The position numbers and the translations under genes are program-made. Shown here one piece after another: positions 1 through 12,832 of a DNA stretch of 64,000 nt (position 1 is its first letter; each line of letters opens with the position of its first letter). This DNA comes from Saccostrea cucullata (lineage: Eukaryota), in the NCBI RefSeq assembly GCF_032062105.1, contig NW_026929586.1, forward strand, positions 248,001 to 312,000. The letters are read 5' to 3'. Under the pieces are notes generated by a model. The model did not search any database, was not told the DNA's origin, and worked only from the letters and a program-made list of their open reading frames with translations.

Positions 1-161
1 ACTATGGTAAAAACTTTGATTTACTGTAGTAAAAACTTTGGAACTTTGATTTACTACAGTAAAAACTTTGGAACTTTGATTTACTATATTGAAAACTTTG
101 GAACTTTGATTTACTATAGTAATCTATAGTCAACTATAGTTTACTAAAGTATTTTTTAGGG
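1..161. mobile_element. Right end of a minisatellite-bearing MITE (~30-bp unit AAAACTTTGGAACTTTGATTTACTATAGT), cut by the window edge
   Basis: Tandem ~30-bp units end in ...TATTTTTTAGGG followed by TA. The terminus and internal unit match the complete copy at 49872-50194 (opposite orientation). Confidence 0.7.
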
Positions 162-163
162 TA

Positions 164-420
164 GGTAGTGTACATTCACATTTGTTCAAATCATGATTTC
201 GGAGGGGTATGTGAGGGGCAAAATAGTGATGAAATATTTACAAAGAAATATACAGGAAAACATCTTCTGGTCAAGAACAGTAAAACCATTGTTATTAATA
301 AAGAAGCATTCTCAAGTAGTTTAAAATTCAAGCCTTACTTTTCAATACTGAACTGATTTGTGTGTGTTTTCTTCAGCCAATCTGCTAAGGTGAGCGATGT
401 GGCCCATGGGTCTCTTGTTT
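164..420 (+). mobile_element. 3' part of a Helentron-type non-autonomous element with an oyster satellite-like monomer
   Basis: Monomer-like TTTGTTCAAATCATGA...AAAACATCTTCT resembles 8680-9340. Ends in AGGTGAGCGATGTGGCCCATGGGTCTCTTGTTTT (subterminal repeat, palindrome, T-run). Confidence 0.55.
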
Positions 421-798
421 TCTATGTTAGCGTCCTGGGCCGGATTGGTTTTGGGGATTAAAAAATAAAAAAAAAACACACACAAATCAAAATCGGAAAA
501 TATAAATCTTTGTAGCAATTCAATCTTTGGGGATTTGTTTCTCTTTTTAAGTGGTGTAACAACATTTTTTGATTAAATAAAGATTTAGTAGTTTTACTAA
601 GTAACAATGCTAGGAGAATTTTCAAATGGTGATGAGAAATTCTCTACTTAGGCTTTAGATGTTGTGTTTCTCAATTTTGGTTTGATTTTTACCGGTAAGA
701 AAGTTTTCAAATTTAGGATGGCCACTAAGAAAAAGAAAAAAGCTTGAAATGATTTAAGAAAAGTGATCAATTTCATTTCACCACAAAAATACATGAAA

Positions 799-1308
799 GA
801 TATATCGACGATATATTGTCAATTAACAATGGTAAATCCATCCCAGGATTAAGCTTGAAATAAAAGATGCCACAAACTCTGACACGTCTGTTTAATATTT
901 GGATACTCTACTTGAAAAGAGGTAAATGGTAATCTAACAACCAAACTTTATCATAAAAGTGATAACTTTAACTTTTCAATAGTCAACTTAAGAAGGTTAT
1001 GCAGCAAGAAACCTTCATCATCTTCATACAGGATTTATATCTCTCAATTGATTTGATACGCAAGAGTATGCTCTACATATGAACAATTTCCCAAACGAGG
1101 TAAATCATATGCATTGACAAACAAGATAACGAAACAAGTCTATCAGCAGTCTCGTTTAAAGTCATTTTCATACTCACTGTTTGGCCATTTTTACACAATG
1201 TCATCGAATTGTCTACGTATTTTCCCGTTATTTCACGATCTAGGAACACACAGCAGGTGCGACCGTACGGGAGAGATGCTCACTCCTCCATGGTTACTGA
1301 TCCCTATT
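799..1308 (+). mobile_element. Degenerate Penelope-like retroelement RT C-terminal fragment plus 3' module
   Basis: Translates with breaks to YIDD...LEIKDAT.SDTS..YLD.LLE..GNLTTKLY.K.DNFNFSIVN. Homologous to 6829-7795 and 29590-30258. The 3' module is interrupted by the mariner at 1311. Confidence 0.7.
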
Positions 1309-1310
1309 TA

Positions 1311-1772
1311 CGAGGGCTGTTCAATAAATAATGTCCTCGGTGTTAAAAAAGAAACAAAAAACAATTGTCAATGTTTTTATTTTATTGATTTCCTTCAAAA
1401 TACTCTCCTTTAACAGAAACACATTTTTGCAACCTTTTTATCCAGTTTCTAAATGCCTTTTTATACACAATTTTGGGTATGCCCTTCATATACTGAAATA
1501 TAGCAGATCCAATGGCGTTCCTAGAGTTGTACTTTTTTCCTGAGAGGTGTTTTTTTAACTTTGGAAAAAGAAAAAAGTCACAGGGAGATAGGTCAAGTGA
1601 ATAAGGCGGGTGTGGTAAAACATTAACCTTTTCCTTCTCTAAAAACTCTTTTACAATACGTGACGTGTGTGCTGGAGCGTTGTCATGGAGGAGATTGATG
1701 TGACGGATACCAGACTTTGGTCTCTTCCTCTCATACACTTTTTTAACCTTTTGTAACACTTTTTCTTTATAG
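1311..1772 (-). mobile_element. Truncated mariner (Tc1/mariner) transposon: 3' TIR plus transposase C-terminus (ORF 1382-1759)
   Basis: LLHDNAPAH...HPPYSLDLSPCDFFLFPKLK...GEYFE are mariner catalytic-domain motifs. TIR-like CGAGGGCTGTTCAATAA starts at 1311, preceded by TA. The 5' part is missing. Confidence 0.92.
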
Positions 1773-4330
1773 ACTCGTCCAGTTATCGAAAGTCAACGAC
1801 GATCGAATTGTCTAAAATCGGCGAAACTCTCAACTTCCGGCCGAGGAAAGGTGATTTGCAGAGAAATGTTGGAAAACGTGTGAATGCGGCGAACATACTG
1901 CAAGATTCAGCCCGATTAGATTTTGTTTCAATAAATGAGAGCTCCCGATGTTTGAGGAAGACCCGACTTTGGCGAGAAATTCTCGCTATTAGCCAGAAAA
2001 TGCCCCTAAGCGGATTCTAACATGGAGGCTAGTTTCTTGCCTTGTTTTGTTTATAGTATAGTAGATATATATTTTTTTAACAATTAAGATGGGGAGTGCC
2101 TATGGTCACAGGGTCACAGGGTCTGAGAATTTCATACTCAATTTGACGAATACATGTTCTGTGTATATTATAGAATTATTTTGACTTTTTCCTTGGAAAG
2201 CTGCCCATGGCCAGTATGTAGGAGTGTGTATTTAGAGGCAAACACATTAGTGCGGGTATTACTGTCTCATGACAGCATCTAGTTTTATTTATTTATCATT
2301 TATTAAATTATTTTAGAAAAATATACATCTACTACAGATCCCCCCTTATTAGTAAATAACGTCCTTGTCATTTCCCTAATGGGACATTACCTGGAAACAT
2401 GCAGCAACACTATTCTTAGAAAACATTGCATTCACTTCTCACTGGATCTGATATATATATACAAATAAAATCAAATTAATTATTCTTTAAAATATCAAGC
2501 ATTGTTTGCACAATTTTATCTTCATATTTTTTCATTTCCTGGAACTTATTCAAGTCATGTAGAAATTCACATTTCTTCATCCATTCCAGTGAATGTTGTT
2601 GGGTCAAAACATATTCCTGGTTTCTCATCCAAGCAGGTTTTCTCCTCTCCCTTCCACTTCTTCTTGGTAACTGTCTACCTTCTTCCGACCTCATGCTATC
2701 ATCTCCATCCACATGATCTTGCTGCTAATGCTGTTCATGTGGAATCTCTACTTCAGCATTCTCCTGCTGCTGTCCCTCTCTAGGAATTTCTTCAGCATCC
2801 TGCTGCTGATGCTGTTCCTCTGGAATCTCTGCATCAGGTTCCTGTGTTCTCTTCTTACCCTCAATAGTACCTGCTATGATGTTCTTCTTCTTCTATCTGT
2901 TTCTGTATAATATCTTTCTGTACCAATAAATATACTACGTGTACTTCCATTTCTTCATCTGAACTGCTTTGCTCATCTCTCTGGTATATAACTTCATGAA
3001 TATCCTCTTCCTATTTACTCTGTTATCTTGCTCTGGTTTTAGGCCTAGGTTTAGGAATTTCTTTTACCTTCTCCAGTTCTTCATGAGTTTTGTAATTGTT
3101 CAGCTGACTAAAGGGGAGAAGTAGATTTTTGTGTAGTGTTCTTATTTCACCCTTGGTTGTTTCTTTCTGTATCTGAAATACTGGAATGTTTGGATCTGGT
3201 TGTTCTAATACTATATAAGGTTCGTCTTCCTATTTATCGGAAATTTTATGTTTCCCGTCAAAAGATACGATTTTAACTAACACCCTGTCACCTGTCTGGA
3301 TCTCTGCTGCTCATACTCTCTGATCATACCCTCCTTTCTGTTTCTCTTGAGCTCTCTTTGTATTCTTGTTGACTAATTCATATGCTGCCTTCACATTCTC
3401 TTTTAGGTCGTTGATATACTTTGAAGTTGACTTCCATTCTGTTTTCTTGATACCAAATTCCTTATCGATAGGCAATCTAGGATTTCTGCCGAACATAAGA
3501 TAATAGGGGGATATTCTTATTGACTCGTTTCTGGTGCAATTATAAGCATGTACAAGGGGATTGATGTATAATTTCCAATTCTGCTTTTGTGATGGTTTCA
3601 ATGTGCCTAACATATCAAGTAGTTTTCTGTTGTATCTTTCACATTGCCCGTTCCCAATTGTGTAATAAGATGTAGTCCTTGATTTCTTCATTGCTGTAAT
3701 TTCACACAACTCCTTGATAATCTGACTTTCAAAGTTTGCATCCTGATCCAAATGTATTCTACTGGGAATTCCATAATAGTTAATAAAGTTGTTAAATAAT
3801 GCCTCTGAAGTTGTTTTTGCAGTCATATTCCTCGTTGGTATAGCTTGGGCAAATCTTGTGTAGTGATCTGTGATTACTAATATATGCTGGAATCTCCTTT
3901 ACTCATTTCCAAGGTAAGGAAATCCATAAACACTAATTCTAAAGGAAATGATGATGTAATGTTAACATGTGGTGCTCTTTGATTGTTAGCTTTTCTGTGT
4001 ACGCATCTGTTTCAGTTCTTAATCCAGTTGTCTATATCTTGATTCATTCCTACCCAGTAGAATCTGTCCTTTTTAACCGAATTTATCATGAAGTTCTGAT
4101 AAAACCTTGTCCTTGAATTTTATTGGCAGAACTAACTGATGATTTAATTTCTCTGCAATTGTTGTTTCCCTGAAAAGAACATTTTTAATTAAATAAAGTT
4201 TATTAAAATTTCTAACCAATGCTTGTGATTCAAATCCAAATGGTAAATCTTCCAGTCTTGGTTTCTTTTTGCGTCTAAAAAAATAAATCCATGTTTTAGC
4301 TTCAATCATGTTGTTTTACGTCGACTTTTA
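1773..4330 (-). mobile_element. Decayed Ty3/Gypsy LTR retrotransposon: integrase, polypurine tract and start of the 3' LTR
   Basis: Minus strand shows the Zn-finger region (LHDKFG...RFYW), the integrase core (YGIPSRIHLDQDANFES, GNGQCERYNRKLLDML, SPYYLMFGRNPRLPID) and a C-terminal LPRRSGRERRKP, with stops and frameshifts. PPT AATAAGGGGGG is followed by TGTAGT starting at 2336. The far LTR boundary is uncertain. Confidence 0.88.
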
Positions 4331-6166
4331 TCAATTTTATCAAAGTTCTGAAATTACTTTTGGAACAACCCTCGTAGTTTCCCAGTAAATCAAAAATTTC
4401 GTATGAATACATGCTAACCTGAATGGGTTATAGGCCATTCATTAAACCGCGTGTGTTTGATATTGAATGCGTGCTCGATATTATCATGTCTTACGTACAA
4501 TGAGCGGTCAATTCGGATATTATATATGGCACAGTTGTGGGAGGACTTTATTGTTGGTTCATTCATTTGATTGGCTGGTGTTCTCTTCTTAGTCAGTAAG
4601 ATCATATTAAGAGAACTCTTTGTCATTATGACTGAGCTCCGCTCCGCTTCAATGAAATCTTCGTTAGTTAACTGCTGCTTAATTAGTTACTGAAATTTTT
4701 GAAACTTTCTTGTGGGCAACCCTTTTCAACTATAAAATGCTTCAATGTATTTTCAGAGTATTATGTACTTGATGGACATTTTAAGGATAGAGAATGCGAT
4801 TAATTTAAGTGCATAACAGATATACATAGGCTGAATACTCAATACTTGTAGACATAATCTTCATGTTTTAGTTGCAGAATGGAAGAGCGGAATACCGTAT
4901 CAGGTTGTATCCAATTTCCGCTTTGTTCGCGACGAGTTCTGAATCGCGGAAAATAAATCAGCGTAAATTTAATACAAAGTTTTCTTCTTGTACAATGTAG
5001 TAGAATTATTTCTCCATGCTAGCGCCTGTATCGTAGAGGGTAGAATTAGCGGGATCAGAGGACAAGCGGAAGATACCGGTAATACATGTAGGTACTAATT
5101 GACAAGCTAATTACATTGGTCTCGTTCCTTGCGAGAACCTCTTCTAATTATATCTCAGCTGCTAGTCAGTTTAGTACAGTAAATGACCGATAATTGTTTT
5201 GATTTTAAAAAATAACATCTGGGGATTTGAGAGTTAGTACGCAACAGAGGTGTGTAATCAGCTTAGCGGGTTTTCTAAAATTGACAAGGTGGAGGTCAAT
5301 TGATCTATTTCTCCCCCGAATGAAGTAACTTAAGCTTAATAACTTATATTTAACATCCAATCACTGGGACTTTGAAATAGTGAAAATTTGATTCTCGTAA
5401 TTTTAATATACTGATTTAGGCTCTGATTCGGAAAAAAAACATGACGCGAAAAAACCTGATATACGGTATGTCCTTGAAGAGTTACAAAATGTATCCCCCT
5501 TTGCTTTTCATCAATAAAATTCATTTTAAAAAAAATCTATCTGGTGAAAAATTATTTTTAACGTTTTTCTGTTCTTAATAATTATATACATCTTTCCGTC
5601 ATAGCATTTTTCGATATTCATAGTACCTAATTTTTATTTTTAAAAATTATTTTCAGATTTTTTGATACAGAAAGTAAATTTAAGGTTAGAAAATTACATC
5701 CTATTATGTGTAGATACATGTACCTTAAACTCCTAGAATCAACAAAGAATTACTAATAACCGAAAAATTCCACAGAGGCTTTCCTCACTACTAAGGTCTG
5801 TGGACAGTTCGTAACCGCGCCGTATTAATACGCTTTATCATATTTATGCCACATATTTACAATTATAAGAAGCTTGAAGCATTCTTTAGACGACATTTCT
5901 CATGATTATCGGATTATGATGCATCGCGCTTCCATAAATTGAAAATAAATTTGATACAGTTCGTAATTTTAACAAGGAATTAGGCCACTTTTGTTCATGA
6001 TTCCGTCAGTATATTTTGCAAGTGGGTCGATACAGTGCAAAACAATGATATATAAATTTATTTTCTCTCATTCTAACTCAAAATTCTCAAGAGTTTTCCA
6101 AGGACGGTATAAAATGCTTAGAGCTTCAGTAAAGTAGAAGACCTCACCAAAAGGCAAAAAAGAACC

Positions 6167-6170
6167 ATGG
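6167..6170 (+). CDS. Candidate first coding exon (ATG+G) of 7TM receptor 1
   Basis: ACCATGG|GTAAGT gives a strong start context and a consensus donor in phase 1, matching the phase-1 acceptor at 12833. The product begins MGKQLNADVFGVLTTLLYFLIYWTSA (signal-peptide-like). TATA-like motifs lie at ~6050 and ~6108. Confidence 0.55.
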
Positions 6171-6828
6171 GTAAGTATCTTGAAATACATAATATAATTG
6201 TTGATTTTCCAATTTATTGACACAAAATAATTTCTTTAAAACTAAACTTTATATCATTTTAAAATAAAGTTAAGTCAATATCAAAAGAAAAAAAGGCCAA
6301 GCCTTGAAGCAAATGAAGAGTTCTAAACAATATGATTTAGCATGTGAATTATGATATCAGAAATAAAATGTTTGAAACTTAATGAAAATGTAAAAAGTTG
6401 AAGGAGATGTCAAGGTAAAAAAATAGCTGCAGAAATGTAGCTCTATGCTTGAGAAAATTCGGACAGATCAAGCAAAGAGCTACAGATCTAAGCGTTGTAA
6501 AAACCTTCGATTTACGCCGAAGATGTATTTGTCGTACACTTCGGGTATTTTTTCTTGTAATTTATACTTTCCCCAGCTTTAAAAATAGTATTTAATAATT
6601 AATCATATATTTAACTCTAATTTCTAATTCACTTACCTCTCGTATGTGTTTCAAAGCTAACAAATGACCATTTTTGTTTACGGACGTTGAAATGGGACTC
6701 CTTTAGTCCGACATTACAAAACTATATACAGGACTGTTTCGGGCCCTTAAAAGGTGAATAAAGTTGAATAAAGTATCAAAAATAAAAGTTTGATATATGA
6801 CTTTTGTTATGATGATTATTTGCAAAAA

Positions 6829-7795
6829 ATTTTGTAAAAACACATTCTGATTGCACACACAAGTACTTGAAGTTGACATCAAAGAGATGCCTGATTTTCT
6901 GATTGACAATATCTATGTGATTTTTGGAGACCAGGTATTCCAACAATCTACTGGAAATCCCATGGGTACCAATTGCGTTCCGTTATTAGTAGACTTTTTT
7001 TAATATTCATGTGAAGCAGAATTTGCGCAAAATCTTATGCAGGAAAAGAAAAACACTCGCTGTGACCTTCAACTCGACATTTAGATATATCGATGACGTA
7101 CATATATTGTGAATTAACAATGGCAATTTCCATTCCTACGTCGATACGATATATCCTGATGAGCTTAAGATAAAAGATACCACAGAGTCTGACACATCTG
7201 TTGCATGCTTAGATATTTTACTTGAAAAAGACGTTTATGGTAATCTAACAACCAAGCTCGATATTAAATGTGTTGACTTAAACTTTTCGATTGTAAACTT
7301 TTCTTACTTATGCAGCAATATACCTTCATCACCTGCATACAAAGTATATAAATTATATATATCTCAGTTGATGCGATACGCAAGATCATACTCTACATAT
7401 GAATAATTTTTAAATCGAGGTAAATTATTGACAAGCAAGTTGATGAAACAATAATATTAACAGTCTCGTTTCAATTAATCATTTCTTAAGTTCTATGGTC
7501 GATTCAATGACCTTGTCAGCAAATACAATTTATCATTGAGACAAATGCTGACTGACGTTTTTCATACAAATTGTTAGTCCATTATTTATACACTGAATTA
7601 ATGACGGATTATCCCGTTATTTCCCGATCATGACAAGGAGCACGCCGCGGGTTTGAATGGTCAGCAAGGGATGCTCATTCCTCCATGGCACCTGATCCGA
7701 CCTCTTCTGTTTCGGAGGTCCGGGTTTCTCTGCTCCTATTTTGTATTGTTTTATCGACTTTGATATTGAATACTGTTCGTTATGACCATATCCTT
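6829..7795 (+). mobile_element. Penelope-like retroelement, longest RT fragment in the window (pseudogenised)
   Basis: FLIDNIYVIFGDQVFQQSTGNPMGTNCVPLL.D...RYIDDV...IYPDELKIKDTTESDTS...SNIPSSPAY covers the RT motifs, with stops and frameshifts. It is followed by the shared 3' module at ~7620-7795. Confidence 0.85.
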
Positions 7796-8679
7796 CCTAG
7801 AAGATCTCTCAAGTGCAACGATATGCACTTCACTACAAAATTCAAGTATGAGTTTTTAAGCATTTGTAGCTTTTGTTCCAACTTTTTTTAAAAAATGAGT
7901 GGAGCTTGTGCACTTCATTCTGTACTTTAACATTATTAGTTTATCGAAGAATAAATCGAAATTTTACTTACTTTCGAGTCATCAGGGTGTTGCTTCCCTC
8001 ACTTTCTCATAGCCAGAAGATTTCTGAACATCAATTAAGTCTTACCATCTTTGTAGCTGTTCTAATTTTATACATGTCCCGTAGCAAACACCTGAAGTTA
8101 GTGAAAAAGTCGCTTTGTTAAAATACAGATAAAAAAAAATATAATAGAACTTGAACTGTTTAAAAATTAAATCGTAACCTGTATCCATTTTCCCGGAACT
8201 TTTAAAGACGTATTTCATATGGGTGTCGTTAACCTAGCTGAGACCTGTGATGTTTTAGAGGCCCATGCTTGTTCTTCTCCTAATCTGTATTGATTGAATG
8301 GACATTTGATCTTGAATATACAGTTCAGTATCTCAATATATTTCATGTTAAATATCAATTATGTTACATCCGAAGGTTTGCGGCTGATTTGTTACTTTGT
8401 AACTACATACAGTAAATTTTTCTTCCACTAAAACTTTTCTTTCCGTATTTTAGAACAACAAAGTCAAGATAATGTATACCAATTTGGAAGCATCATATGG
8501 AGTGTAGGTTGCATTGTGTTCAAAATTATGATTTGCAGAGATGGACAAAAAAAGGAATCAAAGCTTGCGCTATAAATTGAGCTTTGAGAAATCTGCTAAA
8601 GAACAGTTCGGCTATATCGGCCCCTTGCCGTTCAAAAAGTTTTCCTTTCCTTTTTTTTTCCAAGGGTGACGAAATCAAG

Positions 8680-9340
8680 TACATCTGAACTGAAAGCTTA
8701 CGTGAGCTTTTGTGCATGATCACCCTTTGTCTGCCGTCCGTATTCCTGTTGACTTTACACGTTTTCATTTTCTCATGAAGTACTGGGCCATAACTTCTAC
8801 AAAGCATCCTTGAGTTTAAATTGTTAAAATGAAGGGCCGCTCGCATGTGCAGATAATCCAAAAAAAGACAAAAATAGGGTTGTGTCATTAAAAAATCTTC
8901 CAAAGAACCGCTAGGCCAGATAAAGCTGAAACTTATGTAGAAGCATCCCAGGGTAGTGTAAATTCTCAATCGATCAAATCATAACCTCTAGGAGTAGGGT
9001 AGGACCACAATAGGGAATTCAATTTTTACATGGAAATACATATATGAAAAATCTTCTCAAGTACCACTGGGACAGGAAGGCGGAAACTTATGCAAAAGCA
9101 TACCGGGTTCGTGTATATTCTAAATTGTTAAAACATTACCTCCAAGGATAGGGCGGGGTCACAAAAGGGAATCAAAGTTTTACATGGAAATACATAAAAG
9201 AATCTTTACAAATCTTCTCAAGAACCTCTGAACAAGGCAAGTTGAACTTTATGTGAAAACATCCAAGGATAGTTTAGACTTTAAATTGTTCACATCTTCA
9301 CCTCCCTCCCCAAGGGAGGGCGGGGCCACACTAGGAAAAA
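8680..9340 (+). mobile_element. Helentron-type non-autonomous element, 5' part with tandem satellite-like monomers (Cg170-like)
   Basis: 5' hairpin-like CTGAACTGAAAGCTTACGTGAGCTTTT, a GTCT/GTCC tract, then repeated units AAATCTTCTCAAG..CAC..GG...AAACTTATG..AAAGCATCC...AAATTGTT. Family name is from recall, not a database search. Confidence 0.6.
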
Positions 9341-9439
9341 AAGTTATTGTATTTCGATTACATTTATTTCCTACCAGATGTTTGTTTTGGATTTACGCAT
9401 AAATATCTTTTCTTGCTTTTTTAAAACTCTAAACTGATC

Positions 9440-10020
9440 GCTACACCTGCATGGCTGGAGTATCTGCTTTTTGAACAGTTTTCGGTTGTGTTCTGTTAAC
9501 TGTCATTCTGAACTTTCTCTTTCAGAACAATTGTCGAGAAATGTCTTCAGACTATTTCCCTTCATGGAGGTTCGCTACCAGAATAATATCTTCTGTGTAA
9601 ATCTTCTATAGCTTGTCCATAACCTCTGAATGTTTCATTGGCACGCTTTCAGCCCAATTTTACTTCAGCAATGTAACTATCCTTTTAAGCTGTGTGTCCA
9701 AATCTTTTATTTCATGCATCTGTCTAAAGTCGAAAATTCACAAAAGTTTTGTCTGGAAATCCGTACGAGTATGTCCCTGCCTGATCGCGTAAAGTGCCTG
9801 TGGTCAACAACACACCTCCTTTCCTTTGCATAGTCCACTTTCTTAAATTAACAACATTTTAACAATATCCGTAGAATTCCATCCAGGTAGCTGCTCTAGC
9901 TCCTGAAAATGTTCGATAATTGGAATACTTACACTGCTTCCTACTTGGTCAGTAATATTCCTGGTGTGGCGACAAAATCACTTCTATCTCTCAGCTACAT
10001 CTTCGACGCTCTGCTTTGTC
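9440..10020 (-). mobile_element. Degenerate LTR-retrotransposon gag remnant
   Basis: Minus-strand translation across frameshifts gives RFGHTA..DSYIAEVK..NETFRGYGQAIEDLHRRYY..SLKTFLDNCS..FRMTVNRTQPKTVQKA..AMQ, resembling Gypsy capsid segments. Confidence 0.5.
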
Positions 10021-10329
10021 GATATCTGTTTCCGATCCTTTCGATAGATTTCCAAATTGTATACAACACACTGATAACTATGGCAATTATGCCCAGAAAA
10101 CGAATATAACGATCAACTCTCTCGTAGCCCAAAACACTCATTGTTCTTTTAAAAAATTATAGGCCACAAGCAATAGAGATGTACAAAGTGAAATCAATTC
10201 GAACAAAAACCTGACTTTCTATACTGTCTATTTAAACCAATCAAAATATGAATTTCAAAATCGTTTGACTAAAAATGCTCAGTTATTAAAGGCCTATACA
10301 TGTCAGATAGTTTGTTATAAATTTGTATC

Positions 10330-11736
10330 AATGACCCCTTTCGAAGAACGGAGAGTAAATAGCTTTGCTGCTGTCTGCAGGTCGGTCCAACATCAGTTTT
10401 CGTTCATTTTCTTTGCATTGTTTGCACATTTTGAAATGAAATTTTCAATTTTTGACAAATGGATTAAAATAAGCTGTTCTGATAAGCTACCGCTAACGAA
10501 CAGCGTATCAGAACAGCTAATTTTATCAGATTGAAGTTGTGTTTGTGGTATAATCAAGCTAATTTGAACAGAGTTGTGCCCCTTGGACATCTGATGAATT
10601 GTACAATCTATCACTTATACTTGAAGTCTCTACGTGTTAATATAGATACAGCCTTGAAATTTCAAAAGTAGGCCAACTTGATCTAGTTTTGAGTTGATAT
10701 CATCCAAGGACCCAAGATGGAATAACAGACAATTAGTTAAATGATTCTACCAATATGGACCAGAAACTTTTAGACAGCCATATTTCAAATGTAGGTCAGT
10801 GTGACCTGCTTTTTGGTCAACATTCTCCAAAGACCTGAGATGCATCACTACATTGTATGACCTATTTTTTCATTAAATCACGTTTTAAAGTCCCAAGATG
10901 CATCAACTTACAATGTTTGATGATTTTAAAGCTCTCAGTATCTGAAATAATTGTCTTAATTGTTTTAAAAGATATAAGCAACAAAATTCAAAAAGTAGGT
11001 CACTTTAGGTCACTGTGACATATTTATAAGTTGGTGTTGTTCAAAGGATCCAAAATGCTTCAACTGACAAAGTTTAATGATCTGAATGACCTTAAAATAT
11101 GCCTCCAAATCATTCTGAAAACAAATGCCTGCAAAATTGGAAAAGTGGGTCACTGTGAGCACGCCTTTTGCCCCAGGGTAAATTTCCTTGCATATTTTAA
11201 TCTACAATTAACATGACCTCATCCTTGTATGTATGTTTGGTGATAATCTACCCTGTGGTTCTCGAGAAGACTTTTTAGAAACTTAAATCAACCATTACTT
11301 TTGGTTTTATCTTTCTGATTATCACCTTTTGTTAAGGGTCACCATCCTAGTTTTAGTATACATGTAAATGGTAGGCCTTGGTCCCAGGATATCATGTAAC
11401 AAATTTGACAAAGATTAGCCAAAGGGTTCTTGAGATATGGCCCATATTCTAAAAAGTTTAAGCACATCACACAAATGGCAATAGCATAAGCTCTTTGAGC
11501 CTTTGGCTCAGAAGAGCTTAAATTTCCAATAATTTTCAGTTACCGTTTATTTTCTTTCCAGAGGTTGCACATACTGAAATGAAATTTGCTTTACAAATTT
11601 ATAATAAGAAAATCTAGGTAAGTTGTGATTTTTGGGTATGACAGAACCATGTTTGACAGGATTTATGTCCCTTGGACTATAAATAACTTCCAATTATTTT
11701 GGGGAGGGGCATGTGTTTAACAAATATCTCTTATTT
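10330..11736 (+). mobile_element. Helentron-type non-autonomous element with a nested second repeat element (~10620-11522)
   Basis: 5' CCCCTTTCGAAGAACGGAG hairpin plus GTCGGTC tract, and 3' GGGGCATGTGTTTAACAAATATCTCTTATTT. The inner block has tandem CAAAAGTAGGTCA..GTGACCT units and ends in the hairpin AAGCTCTTTGAGCCTTTGGCTCAGAAGAGCTT. Confidence 0.5.
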
Positions 11737-12832
11737 GAAAAGAAATTGAAATCAAATTACGATTTTTTTTTTGATTTTGGCAAATCCCGAATGAAATTCA
11801 ACTGATCCGAACTAGAATACGTAAGATAACAGTTTCAACAGAATTTATTTTGTTTATCATTTGGACCCAGCTCGATAAAAATGAGTTTGGTCCGATCACA
11901 AATAACATAAAATGAGAATTTAATGCATTTCATAAGTATTTATCACCAAGAAATCTATTTGATTGTAAAGTTTAATTATTTTTTAACCCGTGATTCCCAT
12001 AATCAAACTAGACAATAAGTAAATTTGTCAAAGTTTCAATTTATCCTTAAATACGATAGAAAAACACATTCTCCCTGGTTGTGACTATATTAAAGAAGTT
12101 TGTAACCATTAGTCTAAGAAATTTTAAGGAGGTGGGGATCAACAAATTAGCCACCATGAAACTAGTTTTTTAAAATATGATATCTTAAGCTGTCAACTAT
12201 CATTTGGCAAAGAAAATTTCCCCCAAGAATGCTTTCAAATTTTATCATTTTTGTACATCTTTATATGAAACTCTTCTTCTAAAAGAGATCAAAATAGTCT
12301 GAAAATGGCCACAACCACCAAACCCCATTCAAAAATAATGTGTTTTTTTTCATATATAATTATTTTTATTTAAAAAATAAAAAGAATGTCTATCCAACAT
12401 TTTCTTTACATCTTTCATTATATATTCATAGTATACATTTATTAAGAGCAAATGTTACACCGTAAAGCACTTTAATTGCAAATAATATTTCTCCAAAACT
12501 CCAAAAAATCATATAATTAAATGATTTAAGAGACAATATCGACTTTTTAAAGCTGAAGTCATAGTTTTAAAAGGGTGTCTTAAAGATCTATAATGCAAAA
12601 TTCTGGTGAAGTGTTCCTCCTTCAATCCTCCCCGGGAAAACAAATACAAAGATCAGGGCGAAGGAGTAAAAGAACTTAATAGGATACATAATTACATGTT
12701 AGCCTTAATAATGAAATACTGTAATTATCTTAAATTGATTTTTTTTTAAAAATATATATAAAAAATAATAAGTATACAGGTACAGTTAAGTCTAAGTCTT
12801 AATTACATCTCTTTTTTTATCCTATTTTTAAG

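Noticed and set aside
2502-2910. Hydrophobic plus-strand ORFs (93 aa, 65 aa)
   Set aside because: They are the antisense of the low-complexity Glu/Gln-rich tail of the Gypsy pol region.
7590-7660. SECIS element or hammerhead ribozyme after the Penelope-like RT
   Set aside because: An ATGA is present but lacks the correctly spaced AA loop and GA quartet, and there is no CUGAUGA plus GAAA core.
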